NCBI GenBank assembly: GCA_049322915.1
Contig: JBMOPW010000014.1
Span: forward strand, 733,527 to 797,526
DNA length: 64,000 nt
Reading direction: 5' to 3'
From: Candidatus Zhuqueibacterota bacterium
Lineage (GTDB): Bacteria > Zhuqueibacterota > Zhuqueibacteria > Thermofontimicrobiales > Thermofontimicrobiaceae
Below, one piece after another: positions 10,877-19,948 of this stretch. The notes below the pieces were generated by a model that saw nothing but the letters and a program-made list of their open reading frames with translations, made no database searches and was not told the DNA's origin. The position numbers and the translations under genes are program-made. Numbering within the stretch: the stretch's first letter is position 1; each line of letters starts with the position of its first letter.

Positions 10877-11163
10877 TACTTTAATCACATATAACTATGG
10901 TTGGGTTTTTTTGATATATCCCATACTTAAAACAAGAAAGATAATTCTGTTCCTAAATTATATAACTAAAAAAATTCAAAAATAATTATGATGTCATTGG
11001 AGTAAAACAACACCCGGCGTCCTGCGGATAGCCGACGTGTAGTCCTTTTTGGACTCTAATTTAATATAATACCGTAAAACCAGAAATACAATCATATCAG
11101 CATCTGGAATCTGACATCCGACATCAGGAATCGGATCAAATTTAAATGTAAATTGGAAGATAC

Positions 11164-12138
11164 ATGTCAACTAACCAATCAAAAAACTTCGCCCTGATCG
11201 GCGTGGCCGGCTATATCGCGCCGAGGCATCTGAAGGCCATCAAAGACACCGGAAATAACCTGGTGGCTGCCATGGATATTTCCGATTCTGTGGGTATTCT
11301 GGACCGCTATTTCGACGACGTCGATTTTTTCACGGAGTTTGAGCGGTTCGACCGGCATGTGGATATGCTGCGGCGGAAGGATAAGGGCAGAGAAATCCAT
11401 TATGTGAGCATTTGCTCTCCCAATTATCTGCACGACGCGCACATGCGATTCGCCCTCAGGAATGGCGCTCATGCCATTTGCGAAAAACCGCTGGTGCTCA
11501 ATCCCTGGAACCTGGATGCGCTGGAAGAGCTGGAGACGTCGTACGAACAGAAAATTTACAATGTGCTGCAGTTGCGGGTTCATCCATCCATCATGGCGTT
11601 GAAGGAGAAATCGCTGCAAGAGGCCGATCGAAAGCATAAAGCCCATGTTGACCTGACCTATATTACATCCCGCGGCAAGTGGTATTTCTATTCGTGGAAA
11701 GGGATCATAGAAAAATCCGGGGGAGTGGCGACCAACATCGGCATTCATTTCTTCGATATGCTATTGTGGATCTATGGCAAGGTTTTGTATTCTGAGGTTC
11801 ATTATCAGGATGCGAAAAAAATGAGTGGATTCCTGGAATTGGAGCGGGCCAATGTGAGATGGTTTTTGTCGCTGGATAAAAATGATTTGCCTGAGGATTA
11901 CAAAAAAGCCGGCAAAGCGACATTCCGCACGTTGAGCATTGACCAGGAAGATTTCGAATTTTCAGAGGGCTTCACAGATTTGCACACAACGATTTATGAA
12001 GAGATTTTAGCGGGCAGGGGATTCGGCATTGCAGACGCACGCGCGTCCATTGAATTGGCGTATCAGATTCGGCATGCGGTTCCCACCGGATTGAAGGGGT
12101 ATTATGCGCATCCGTTGTTGGGGAAGGGTGAACGATAG
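11164..12138 (+). CDS. wbpB: WbpB-like UDP-GlcNAcA 3-dehydrogenase (Gfo/Idh/MocA)
   Basis: FALIGVAGYIAPRH, CSPNYLHDAH, CEKPL, GGVATNIGIHFFD, FSEGFTDLHT. Confidence 0.88.
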   Translation: MSTNQSKNFALIGVAGYIAPRHLKAIKDTGNNLVAAMDISDSVGILDRYFDDVDFFTEFERFDRHVDMLRRKDKGREIHYVSICSPNYLHDAHMRFALRNGAHAICEKPLVLNPWNLDALEELETSYEQKIYNVLQLRVHPSIMALKEKSLQEADRKHKAHVDLTYITSRGKWYFYSWKGIIEKSGGVATNIGIHFFDMLLWIYGKVLYSEVHYQDAKKMSGFLELERANVRWFLSLDKNDLPEDYKKAGKATFRTLSIDQEDFEFSEGFTDLHTTIYEEILAGRGFGIADARASIELAYQIRHAVPTGLKGYYAHPLLGKGER

Positions 12139-12244
12139 ATGGGAGAAGGGAGATGCGAGAAGCCAGACGCGAGATGCGAGAAGCCAGACGTAAGAGGCGA
12201 GAAGGGAATCTGAACATCGAAAAACCAAATACCAATTCACCCAT
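12139..12244. repeat. degenerate heptamer tandem tract
   Basis: GAGATGC/GAGAAGC/CAGACGC-type 7-nt units right after the wbpB stop. Confidence 0.7.
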
Positions 12245-12406
12245 ATTTTCTATCGCAAGTGATTCCGGCATGGTAAAAAAACAGACTTCTAATGTCAATT
12301 GAAATATAATTAAAAAATTATTAAAAAAATCTATTGTGGAAATATAATTTTCTATTTATATTTAAACGGAATAATACTAATGGTAAATAATTTATAGGTT
12401 TGAAAG

Positions 12407-12670
12407 ATGAAAGTGTCAACGATGCGTAAAAAATTACTCGATGAAATTTCTAAAATTCCAGATGACAAAGTACCTGTAATTTTTGACTTTCTTCATTATT
12501 TTCGGTTAGGATTAGGAATGAAAGCATCGAGTCCTGAGAAAATATTGCAGTTAGCTGGAAGTTGGAAAGATATGACAGAAGATGATTTTGAAGATTTTTT
12601 AAACGATGTGAAAACTCGTCGTAAAAATGCGTTTATGTCAAGGAGTAATCGTGAAACAAGCGTTGATTGA
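12407..12670 (+). CDS. putative antitoxin (DUF2281-like) of a VapBC pair
   Basis: 87 aa, overlaps PIN toxin gene; LAGSWKDM motif. Confidence 0.7.
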   Translation: MKVSTMRKKLLDEISKIPDDKVPVIFDFLHYFRLGLGMKASSPEKILQLAGSWKDMTEDDFEDFLNDVKTRRKNAFMSRSNRETSVD

Positions 12671-13052
12671 CACTGATATAATTTCTTTTTTTCTTCGTGA
12701 TAATGAAAATGTTGTAAACAATTTTAAGAGATATCTTGATGAATTTGAAAGAATGAACCTTGGAATCATCTCTTACTATGAGATTCTTAGCGGTTTAAAA
12801 TATAAAGACGCCCAAAAACAACTTGATGCGTTTTTAAAATTTGTTGAATATAGTTCAATTATACCAATTACAAAAGATTCTATAGAAATTTCAGCAGATA
12901 TTTACACCGATTTAAGAAGAAAAGGTATTTTGATAGATGATATTGATATATTAATTGCTGGAATAGCTATGTCTAATAATTTGATACTTGTAACTCATAA
13001 TTCAAGTCATTTTGAAAGAATTGTTGGTTTGGAAACAGAAGATTGGTGTTAA
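12651..13052 (+). CDS. vapC: VapC PIN-domain toxin
   Basis: LIDTDIIS, YEILSG, DILIAGIA, LVTHNSSHF motifs; AGGAG then GTG at 12651. Confidence 0.92.
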   Translation: MKQALIDTDIISFFLRDNENVVNNFKRYLDEFERMNLGIISYYEILSGLKYKDAQKQLDAFLKFVEYSSIIPITKDSIEISADIYTDLRRKGILIDDIDILIAGIAMSNNLILVTHNSSHFERIVGLETEDWC

Positions 13053-13109
13053 ACTAAATCGGTTTATCTGCATCTTGATTTTTTTTTGCATTGAAGCGAC
13101 ATGCTAGAA

Positions 13110-13553
13110 ATGTGAGACGTGAAACGATAGACGCGAGATGCTAGACGGGAGATGGGAGAGCGCGAAATTACAAAATTCAATAGACAAATAACAAAAAAAT
13201 TCCAATACTAATATTCAATCATTCAAATCCTGATTGTTTGGGTTCAGGGTTTAGAGGTTCGGGGTTTAAAGGTTCAGGGTTCAAAGGTTCGGGGTTTAGA
13301 TGTTCTGGGTTTAGAGGTTCATTGTTCAGGGTTAAAACGGGGCTGAAGCCCAAAAATCGCAGGGAAATTTCTGTTCCCCGACTTGAAAGTCGGGGCTATT
13401 CAAGTGGAAACGATATCATACCCAACGTATCAACGCCTTTTAAGGCTTTTTGGAGTCGACCCACATATAAAGAGCGAAAGGATTCTGACCTTGAATCCGG
13501 AACTCTGGACCAGCCAACCGGAGTCGTTGCACTTTGGTTTTAAAAATAAATTG
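13110..13553. repeat. composite repeat block, copy 1 (heptamer tracts plus REP-like CCCCGACTTGAAAGTCGGGG element)
   Basis: Highly similar to 15175-15333 plus 15801-16069. Confidence 0.85.
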
Positions 13554-13742
13554 GCATTGTATTTGTAGCTCACATCCTGATGATAAAAAATTACCGGAGC
13601 AGATTAATCGGAAAAATGAATTGATACGAATACACTGCTGAAGCAGTGATGATTTTCTCTTCTACCTGTGATTCATACAACTTCTTTCAGGGCAAAACAA
13701 CTCAGCTCGATTTCACTATACATTGCAACAAGGGTACACATC

Positions 13743-15167
13743 ATGTTAAGAAGACATCTTCGATTGACACCGTGGATCACGCTGTTTTTTGATTTAGTAA
13801 CGGTGATCGCTGCTTATTTTATCACGTTCCCCATTCGCGCCCTGTTGGTGAAGATTTTCCCCTTCAGCGGCGATATCCGATTTTCAGATCACCTGATATC
13901 GCTCCCGCCTATTGTACTTATCTGGTTCATCCTCTTTTACATCGAAAAACGGGAATCACGACTTCGTTACACTTCCTTTAAAAATGAGATCAAACGGATC
14001 GTGAAAGTCACGGCGTTGGGTGAGATATTTCTGCTCATGGCGCTGTATAGTTTTCGTGCACAATCGATCTCACGTTCATTCGTGTGGGTGTTTGGCCTCT
14101 GTGTTTTGATATTACTGCTAATCGAAAATTACTTATTTCTTCAAGCTGTTGAATATATTCGCGCGCGAGGTCACAACCGGCGGTCTGTATTGATCGTAGG
14201 GGATGGAGAGAATTCAAAGCGATTGGTGGAGACAATTCAAAATAGCAGCGACTGGGGACTGGATATCGTTGGTTTTTTGGATGGAAATGGTCATGAAGTG
14301 GGCAGTGAAATCAACGGCGCAACGGTGTTGGGCAAGCTCGAAGATCTGCCGGCTGTGCTGCACACTCATTATATTGAAGAAGTTATTTTTGCGCTTCCCC
14401 TGAGCAAGCTGGAAGCGGCGAAGGACCTGCTCTATATGTGCGAACTGGAAGGCGTACAGACCCGCATCGTTTCCAATTTTTTCAGCGGCCTGGTGTCTTA
14501 CGCCGAAGTGGAAACCGTGCACGGCCTGCCTATCATCACCTATTCCACCACGCGCAGAAATGTCTGGGAATTGTTTGTCAAACGGGTGATTGATATGTCG
14601 CTATCAGGAATTGGTCTGATCATCCTGTCGCCGTTATTTCTTGCCATCGCTGCATTCATTAAGCTGACTTCCCCGGGGCCGATTTTTTACCGCTGGCAGG
14701 TTGTGGGACTGAATAAACGGAAGTTCACGAGTTTCAAATTTCGCACGATGGTCGTCAATGCCGATGATCTGAAAGAAAAGTTGATGGCGAAGAATGAAAT
14801 GAGCGGCGCCGTTTTCAAGATGAAAAATGACCCGCGCATTACGAAAGTGGGTCGAGTGCTGAGAAAATTCAGTCTGGATGAATTGCCGCAGCTTTTCAGC
14901 GTGTTCAAAGGCGATATGAGCCTTGTCGGACCGCGTCCGCCTCTTGTCACAGAGGTGCCGAAATTTAAGAACTGGCAGCGGCGGAAGCTATCCGTGAAAC
15001 CGGGAATCACCTGTCTCTGGCAATGCAACGGAAGAAATCATATCAATAACTTTGATGATTGGGTGTTGCTGGATTTGCAGTATATCGATCACTGGTCGTT
15101 GTGGCTGGATTTCAAAATTTTGTTCAAGACGATTCCTGCGGTGCTGAGCAGTCGGGGGGCGTCGTAG
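13743..15167 (+). CDS. priming polyprenyl-phosphate sugar phosphotransferase (WcaJ/WbaP type)
   Basis: N-terminal TM helices, KFRTM, DPRITKVGRVLRKFSLDELPQL, SLVGPRP, KPGIT motifs. Confidence 0.95.
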   Translation: MLRRHLRLTPWITLFFDLVTVIAAYFITFPIRALLVKIFPFSGDIRFSDHLISLPPIVLIWFILFYIEKRESRLRYTSFKNEIKRIVKVTALGEIFLLMALYSFRAQSISRSFVWVFGLCVLILLLIENYLFLQAVEYIRARGHNRRSVLIVGDGENSKRLVETIQNSSDWGLDIVGFLDGNGHEVGSEINGATVLGKLEDLPAVLHTHYIEEVIFALPLSKLEAAKDLLYMCELEGVQTRIVSNFFSGLVSYAEVETVHGLPIITYSTTRRNVWELFVKRVIDMSLSGIGLIILSPLFLAIAAFIKLTSPGPIFYRWQVVGLNKRKFTSFKFRTMVVNADDLKEKLMAKNEMSGAVFKMKNDPRITKVGRVLRKFSLDELPQLFSVFKGDMSLVGPRPPLVTEVPKFKNWQRRKLSVKPGITCLWQCNGRNHINNFDDWVLLDLQYIDHWSLWLDFKILFKTIPAVLSSRGAS

Positions 15168-15174
15168 AGGTTGA

Positions 15175-16069
15175 ATGCGAGATGCCAGATGTGAGACGCG
15201 AGACGCTAGACGCTAGATGCGAGACGGGAGACGGGAGACGCAAGACGGGAGAGCGTGAAATTGCAAAATTCAATTGACAAATAACAAAAAAATTCCAATG
15301 CCAATTTTCAATCATTCAAATCCTGATTGTTTTGCGTGCCAGGTGAGTTGGGATGTTTATCCGGTAATTATTCAGCCACGAAGTCTCGAAGACACAAAAA
15401 AATATTATACTTAAATTTCTAAAATGGATTTTTATAATCAAATTTAGATATTTAATTTCTAAAGACATATGGAGTGAATTGACTGTGTCAATTCATGCAT
15501 CGACACAGTCGATGCACTCCATACTAAAATAATGCGTTATGCGCTCATTTGACATTTCATTTTAGAAATTCAGGTTATTCCTAAAATTCTAAAATGAAAA
15601 GCGGGCGATGTGATATTGAATTGTTTACATGGAGTGCATCGCCTTTATGCGATGCCAGCGATGTATAAAGGTATCGCACTCCGGAGTAATTTCAAAACCA
15701 AGAGCTTAAGTTTTATTTCTTGTAACGATTCAGCCGCGAAGCCTCGAAGACACAAAAAAAATTTGTGAAATAATCGATTTTGAAAAGCTGTAGCTGCTCA
15801 GGTTCAGGGTTTAGAGGTTCGGGGTTTAAAGGTTCATCGTTCAGGGTTAAAAAGGGGCTGAAGCCCAAAAATCGCAGGGAATTTTCTGTTCCCCGACTTG
15901 AAAGTCGGGGCTATTCAAGTGTAAAAGATATCATAACCACCGTATCAACGCCTTTTACGGCTTTTTGGAGTCGACCCATATATAAAGAGCGAAAGGATTC
16001 TAACCTTGAACCCGGAACCCTGAACCAGCCAACCGGGGTCGTTACACATTGGTTTTAAAAATTAAATTG
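15175..16069. repeat. composite repeat block, copy 2, with ~465 bp of extra internal sequence
   Basis: Both ends match 13110-13553; internal part has the direct repeat ATTCAGCC(A/G)CGAAG(T/C)CTCGAAGACACAAAAAAA at ~15370 and ~15728. Confidence 0.85.
15468..15523. repeat. REP-like doublet of two 9-bp hairpins
   Basis: TGAATTGAC-TGT-GTCAATTCA then TGCATCGAC-ACA-GTCGATGCA, bounded by TATGGAG/CTCCATA; degenerate relative at ~15629-15686. Confidence 0.75.
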
Positions 16070-16088
16070 AATATCACATGATCAGAAT

Positions 16089-16218
16089 GAGTCCACGCTA
16101 AAAAGGGGCTGAAGCCCAAAAATTGCAGGGAAATTTCTGTTCCCCGACTTAAAAGTCGGGGCTATTCAAGTGGAAACAATATCATAACCAACGTATCAAC
16201 GCTTTTTAGAGTCGACCC
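16089..16218. mobile_element. ~130-bp MITE-like element with CCCCGACTTAAAAGTCGGGG hairpin
   Basis: Imperfect TIR GAGTCCACGCTAAAAAG / CTTTTTAGAGTCGACCC; related copies at ~13335, ~15850 and inverted at ~53620-53696. Confidence 0.7.
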
Positions 16219-16269
16219 AGGAATGAAAATGAAATTGACATCTTCAATTAACCTCCATGCCAAAACAGG

Positions 16270-17832
16270 ATGTCCACATATAAGCGAATCATATTTCTTA
16301 CATTTCTTCTGTCGCTGCCTGTAATCGCGTTAGCTCAGGAAACGATACCCTTGTACCATTGGGGGTATACCTACCTGGATCAGTTGGCGCTTCGCGGTTA
16401 TCTGAAAGATCTGAACACGATTCAGAAACCTTATTACCTCGCCGATGTAGAAGGAGCGCTGATTAAGCTGAATGAGAATGTAACCTCCGGCTCCGTCACA
16501 TTGAGCGCCCGGGATCGCTGGATGCTGCGCTACCTGATGCAGGAATTTGCAAAGCCCCATGGTGAAAAACGCGGCGATATGAATATCATGGTGGGTGTAT
16601 GGGCGGATCAATACGCGCAACTGGACGAAAACGAGACACGTCATTATACTCAATTGCGAAGTCAATGTGGGCTGCACGTTGGGGAGCATCTGTATTTTTA
16701 TAATGGCGGTCTGCTTGACCAGTTTTTGTACAATGATCCGGATTACACGGGCAATAAATGGCGTGGATTCGCCGGGTACCTGGAACAAGGTTATGCCCGG
16801 TACTCCAATTCGTTTTTAAATATAACATTTGGCAGAGATTACATTTATTGGGGCAGCGGCAGGACGGGTCGGCTGCTGTTCTCAGACAATGCCCGGCCCC
16901 TGGATATTTTTTCTGTGGTGTTAAAATATAAAGCGATTTCGTTGACGACGCTTGCCGCCAATCTGGATCAGTGGACAATGGCGGATTCGCTCGTTCAAAA
17001 GTACTCCGTGGGAACGGCCAACCGGTATCTTTCAGCCCATCGAATGACGATTTGCCTGGGGGACAGATTCAAGATCGGTTTGGCAGAGATGCTGCTTTAT
17101 GGCGGGCCGAACAGCACGTGGGAGTTGAAATATCACAATCCACTTTTATACTATCACGGTGAACTGCTGAACCACGGTGGCTACGATGGAAACGGCATGC
17201 TCTATCTGGATGTGGATTGGTACCCCTGGTCAAACTGGGAATTTTACGGCGAACTGTTGATTGACGATTTTCAGGTGGAAGAAACGGCGCCCGGGGATCT
17301 GGAACCGAATGAGATCGGATACATCGTCGGGTTATTGAAGAGCGGACTGCCTGGATTAAACGGCGCAACATTGGGGATGGAATATGTGAGGGTGGCCAAT
17401 CGAACTTACAATTCGCTCAAAGATTGGGAGAAGTTCGTTTTTTATAACCGGCCAATCGGGTATTCCCTGGGAAATAATTTCGATCGCTGGCATGTAACGG
17501 CGGATTACTGGTTCCCGCAGCGATTCAAAATGAGCATGGCATTTGACTACATCCGCAAAGGCGAAGGTTCGGTGCTCGATCAATGGCTTGAGCCCTGGCG
17601 CAGTTATACAGTGGCTCAGGGTTATGACGAGCCATTTCCCTTCGGCGCTGTTGAAACATCCTCCATAACAACCCTGGGTTTGAGCTGGCATGTGACTCCT
17701 GCTTTTTTAATGGATATTTCCTATCGATATTTCGAGGTGGAGAATTACTCCAATGAACCTGGCGCTGACAGAAATAATTGGGAAGCGAATGTGAAATTTC
17801 ATTGGAATGGGAAGCACTTGTTCAATTATTAA
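16270..17832 (+). CDS. capsule assembly Wzi-family outer-membrane protein
   Basis: Signal peptide, GRDYIYWGSG...LLFSDNA, YGELLIDD motifs, beta-rich; locus context. Confidence 0.75.
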   Translation: MSTYKRIIFLTFLLSLPVIALAQETIPLYHWGYTYLDQLALRGYLKDLNTIQKPYYLADVEGALIKLNENVTSGSVTLSARDRWMLRYLMQEFAKPHGEKRGDMNIMVGVWADQYAQLDENETRHYTQLRSQCGLHVGEHLYFYNGGLLDQFLYNDPDYTGNKWRGFAGYLEQGYARYSNSFLNITFGRDYIYWGSGRTGRLLFSDNARPLDIFSVVLKYKAISLTTLAANLDQWTMADSLVQKYSVGTANRYLSAHRMTICLGDRFKIGLAEMLLYGGPNSTWELKYHNPLLYYHGELLNHGGYDGNGMLYLDVDWYPWSNWEFYGELLIDDFQVEETAPGDLEPNEIGYIVGLLKSGLPGLNGATLGMEYVRVANRTYNSLKDWEKFVFYNRPIGYSLGNNFDRWHVTADYWFPQRFKMSMAFDYIRKGEGSVLDQWLEPWRSYTVAQGYDEPFPFGAVETSSITTLGLSWHVTPAFLMDISYRYFEVENYSNEPGADRNNWEANVKFHWNGKHLFNY

Positions 17833-17908
17833 ATTCCCTGCTGCCCCAGACAGGCAAAGATAAAAATAATCGTTAATACCCAGCGCGACAAAGCCGCAAA
17901 AAAAATTA

Positions 17909-18030
17909 AACCACAAGGGACACAAAGAAATCACAAAGTACACCAAGAAAAAATGATATTGTAACTGATTGGTTTTATTTATTTGTTTTTCTTTGAGTTC
18001 TTTGTGCCTCCTTTGCGAGCTTTGTGGTAA
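17909..18030. repeat. inverted CACAAAG/CTTTGTG periodic tract
   Basis: ACCACAAG..CACAAAG..CACAAAG on the left, CTTTGTG..CTTTGCG..CTTTGTGGT on the right. Confidence 0.6.
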
Positions 18031-18195
18031 AAATTCTTTTGCACAAAAAACAAAGAATTAACTTGTAATACTATAACGAAGTAAACTTCCAGGCAAATCA
18101 TGAAACGCAGATGACACTGATCAGACGGATTTGCACGGATAAAATTTTTTATAATTTAACCCTATAACGTCACTTAGAATTATTAGCACAATATG

Positions 18196-18394
18196 GTATC
18201 CACTCAATAAAATATGGTGGAATCCGTCTTGCCCGAATGCCATGTCCAGCATCCATTAACTATCAAAAGGAGGACAGGCTGGGCTTTTATCGGGCATCCA
18301 TTGAATCAGCGTGGATTCCCGCTAAGAGCATGCGGGAAAGACAACCATCACGTTATTTGTAACTTATAATTGCCTGAAAATATTGAGCGGATAC
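18196..18394. mobile_element. 199-bp MITE, copy 1
   Basis: 14-bp TIR GTATCCACTCAATA / TATTGAGCGGATAC; flanks ACAATATG / ACAATATA (7/8 target duplication); near-identical inverted copy at 19705-19903. Confidence 0.9.
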
Positions 18395-18439
18395 ACAATA
18401 TATCGTATTTTCTGACAACATAACATACAATATATTGTG
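18393..18439. promoter_or_regulatory. tandem NrdR-box-like motifs
   Basis: ACACAATATATCGTA (18393) and ATACAATATATTGTG (18425), 32 bp apart. Confidence 0.5.
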
Positions 18440-18581
18440 CAGAACTTGCTAAATGACGTAGTAGGGTTAATAAACTGAAGAAATTTTCCTTCATGTCAAT
18501 TTCTTGTTTTCCAGAGAATCGTGAATAAAATTCACGTTTTTCTGGTAGCACGAATCAAAGAGATAGCTTGTACACAAAAGG

Positions 18582-19574
18582 ATGGGACATAAAATGAGTT
18601 TACTGGTGACAGGCGGTGGTGGGTATATTGCAAGCATCGTATCAGAACTTTTAATACAGCAGCGTTTCGATGTTGTCACTGTGGATAATTTCCAGGAGGG
18701 CAACCGGGAGGCAATTCTTCCACAGGTGACATTGTACGAGGGCGATTTTGGCGATACGTTATTGCTCAAAAGAATATTTTCTGAAAATGAGATAAAGGCC
18801 GTTCTTCATTTCGCCGCAGAAACGACCATCGAATTTTCGATGACAGATCCTAAAAAATATTTTCATAATAATTTAGTAAACAGCATCGCACTGCTGGACA
18901 CAATGCTCGAATTCGGATGCACGGATATTATTTTTTCCTCGACCGCTGCGACGTTTGGAGAGCCTGAATACGTGCCTATTGATGAGAACCATCCGCAAAA
19001 TCCAATCAATGCCTATGGCGAATCCAAGCTCATGTTTGAAAAAGTGCTGCAATGGTATCACAGCTCCTACGGGGTACGGTACAATTTATTTCGCTATTTC
19101 AATGTCGCCGGAGCGAGCGAGAAATTGGGCGAAGCGCATAAAAACGAGAGCCATTTGATCCCCATGATCATTCAGGCGGTGTTGAAGCAGCGTGAATCGT
19201 TTAAACTATTCGGCACGGATTATCCCACCAAAGATGGCTCGTGCGTCAGAGATTACATTCATGTGGAGGATCTGGCGCTGGCTCATATTCTGGCGTTGAA
19301 AAATCTGGATGCGTGCCCCAATGGTGAGTATAACCTGGGAAATGGCGAAGGATTCACCGTCAAAGAAATTGTGGAGACTGTTCAACGAATTACCGGGGTC
19401 AGAGTGAATGTGGTTGAGACCGATCGTCGCGCCGGCGATCCGGCAGTTTTAGTTGCAGGTAATGCCAGGGCGAAAAAAGAGTTGGGTTGGCAGCCGAAAT
19501 ATCCTTCAATTCACGATATAGTGAAATCTGCATGGGAGTGGCATAGACGTCATCCGCATGGTTATACATCATAG
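18582..19574 (+). CDS. galE: UDP-glucose 4-epimerase
   Basis: TGGGGYIA, FSSTAATFG, YGESK, RYFNVAGA, DGSCVRDYIHVEDLA, RRAGDP. Confidence 0.93.
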   Translation: MGHKMSLLVTGGGGYIASIVSELLIQQRFDVVTVDNFQEGNREAILPQVTLYEGDFGDTLLLKRIFSENEIKAVLHFAAETTIEFSMTDPKKYFHNNLVNSIALLDTMLEFGCTDIIFSSTAATFGEPEYVPIDENHPQNPINAYGESKLMFEKVLQWYHSSYGVRYNLFRYFNVAGASEKLGEAHKNESHLIPMIIQAVLKQRESFKLFGTDYPTKDGSCVRDYIHVEDLALAHILALKNLDACPNGEYNLGNGEGFTVKEIVETVQRITGVRVNVVETDRRAGDPAVLVAGNARAKKELGWQPKYPSIHDIVKSAWEWHRRHPHGYTS

Positions 19575-19704
19575 GGAAGCAAGCTGAAAACTCCAAGGAT
19601 CAAAAACCAAATTACAATGAAATCACAATAACAAAATTCTGAATTACAAAATCAAGAATCGAACTTCTAACTATTTAAAAATCAAAGAATCCCAATGACA
19701 AATT

Positions 19705-19903
19705 GTATCCGCTCAATATTTTCGGGCAATTATAAGTTACAAATAACGTGATGGTTGTCTTTCCCGCATGCTCTTAGCGGGAATCCACGCTGATTCAATG
19801 GATGCCCGATAAAAGCCCAGCCTGTCCTCCTTTTGATAGTTAATGGATGCTGGACATGGCATTCGGGCAAGACGGATTCCACCATATTTTATTGAGTGGA
19901 TAC
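19705..19903. mobile_element. 199-bp MITE, copy 2 (inverted)
   Basis: Same TIRs; perfect 8-bp target duplication GACAAATT at 19697-19704 and 19904-19911. Confidence 0.92.
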
Positions 19904-19948
19904 GACAAATTCACCAATTACGAATTACAAAAACATGGGAATGCAGCA

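Noticed and set aside
12007..12298. Minus-strand ORFs with LASRISRLAS repeats (also 15059-15315)
   Set aside because: Artefacts of heptamer tracts
13238..13543. ORFs with GSGFRGSGFK repeats (also 15780-16058)
   Set aside because: Translations of the GGTTCAG heptamer repeat element; no RBS or coding evidence
13240..16218. Possible CRISPR array or integron attC array
   Set aside because: No constant repeat with unique equal-length spacers, no cas or integrase gene, no convincing attC core sites
18196..19903. galE arriving as a composite transposon
   Set aside because: Each MITE has its own target duplication and the outer flanks differ, so insertions were independent
19847..19948. N-terminal extension of the epimerase ORF
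   Set aside because: Begins inside the MITE; Rossmann motif follows ATG 19949
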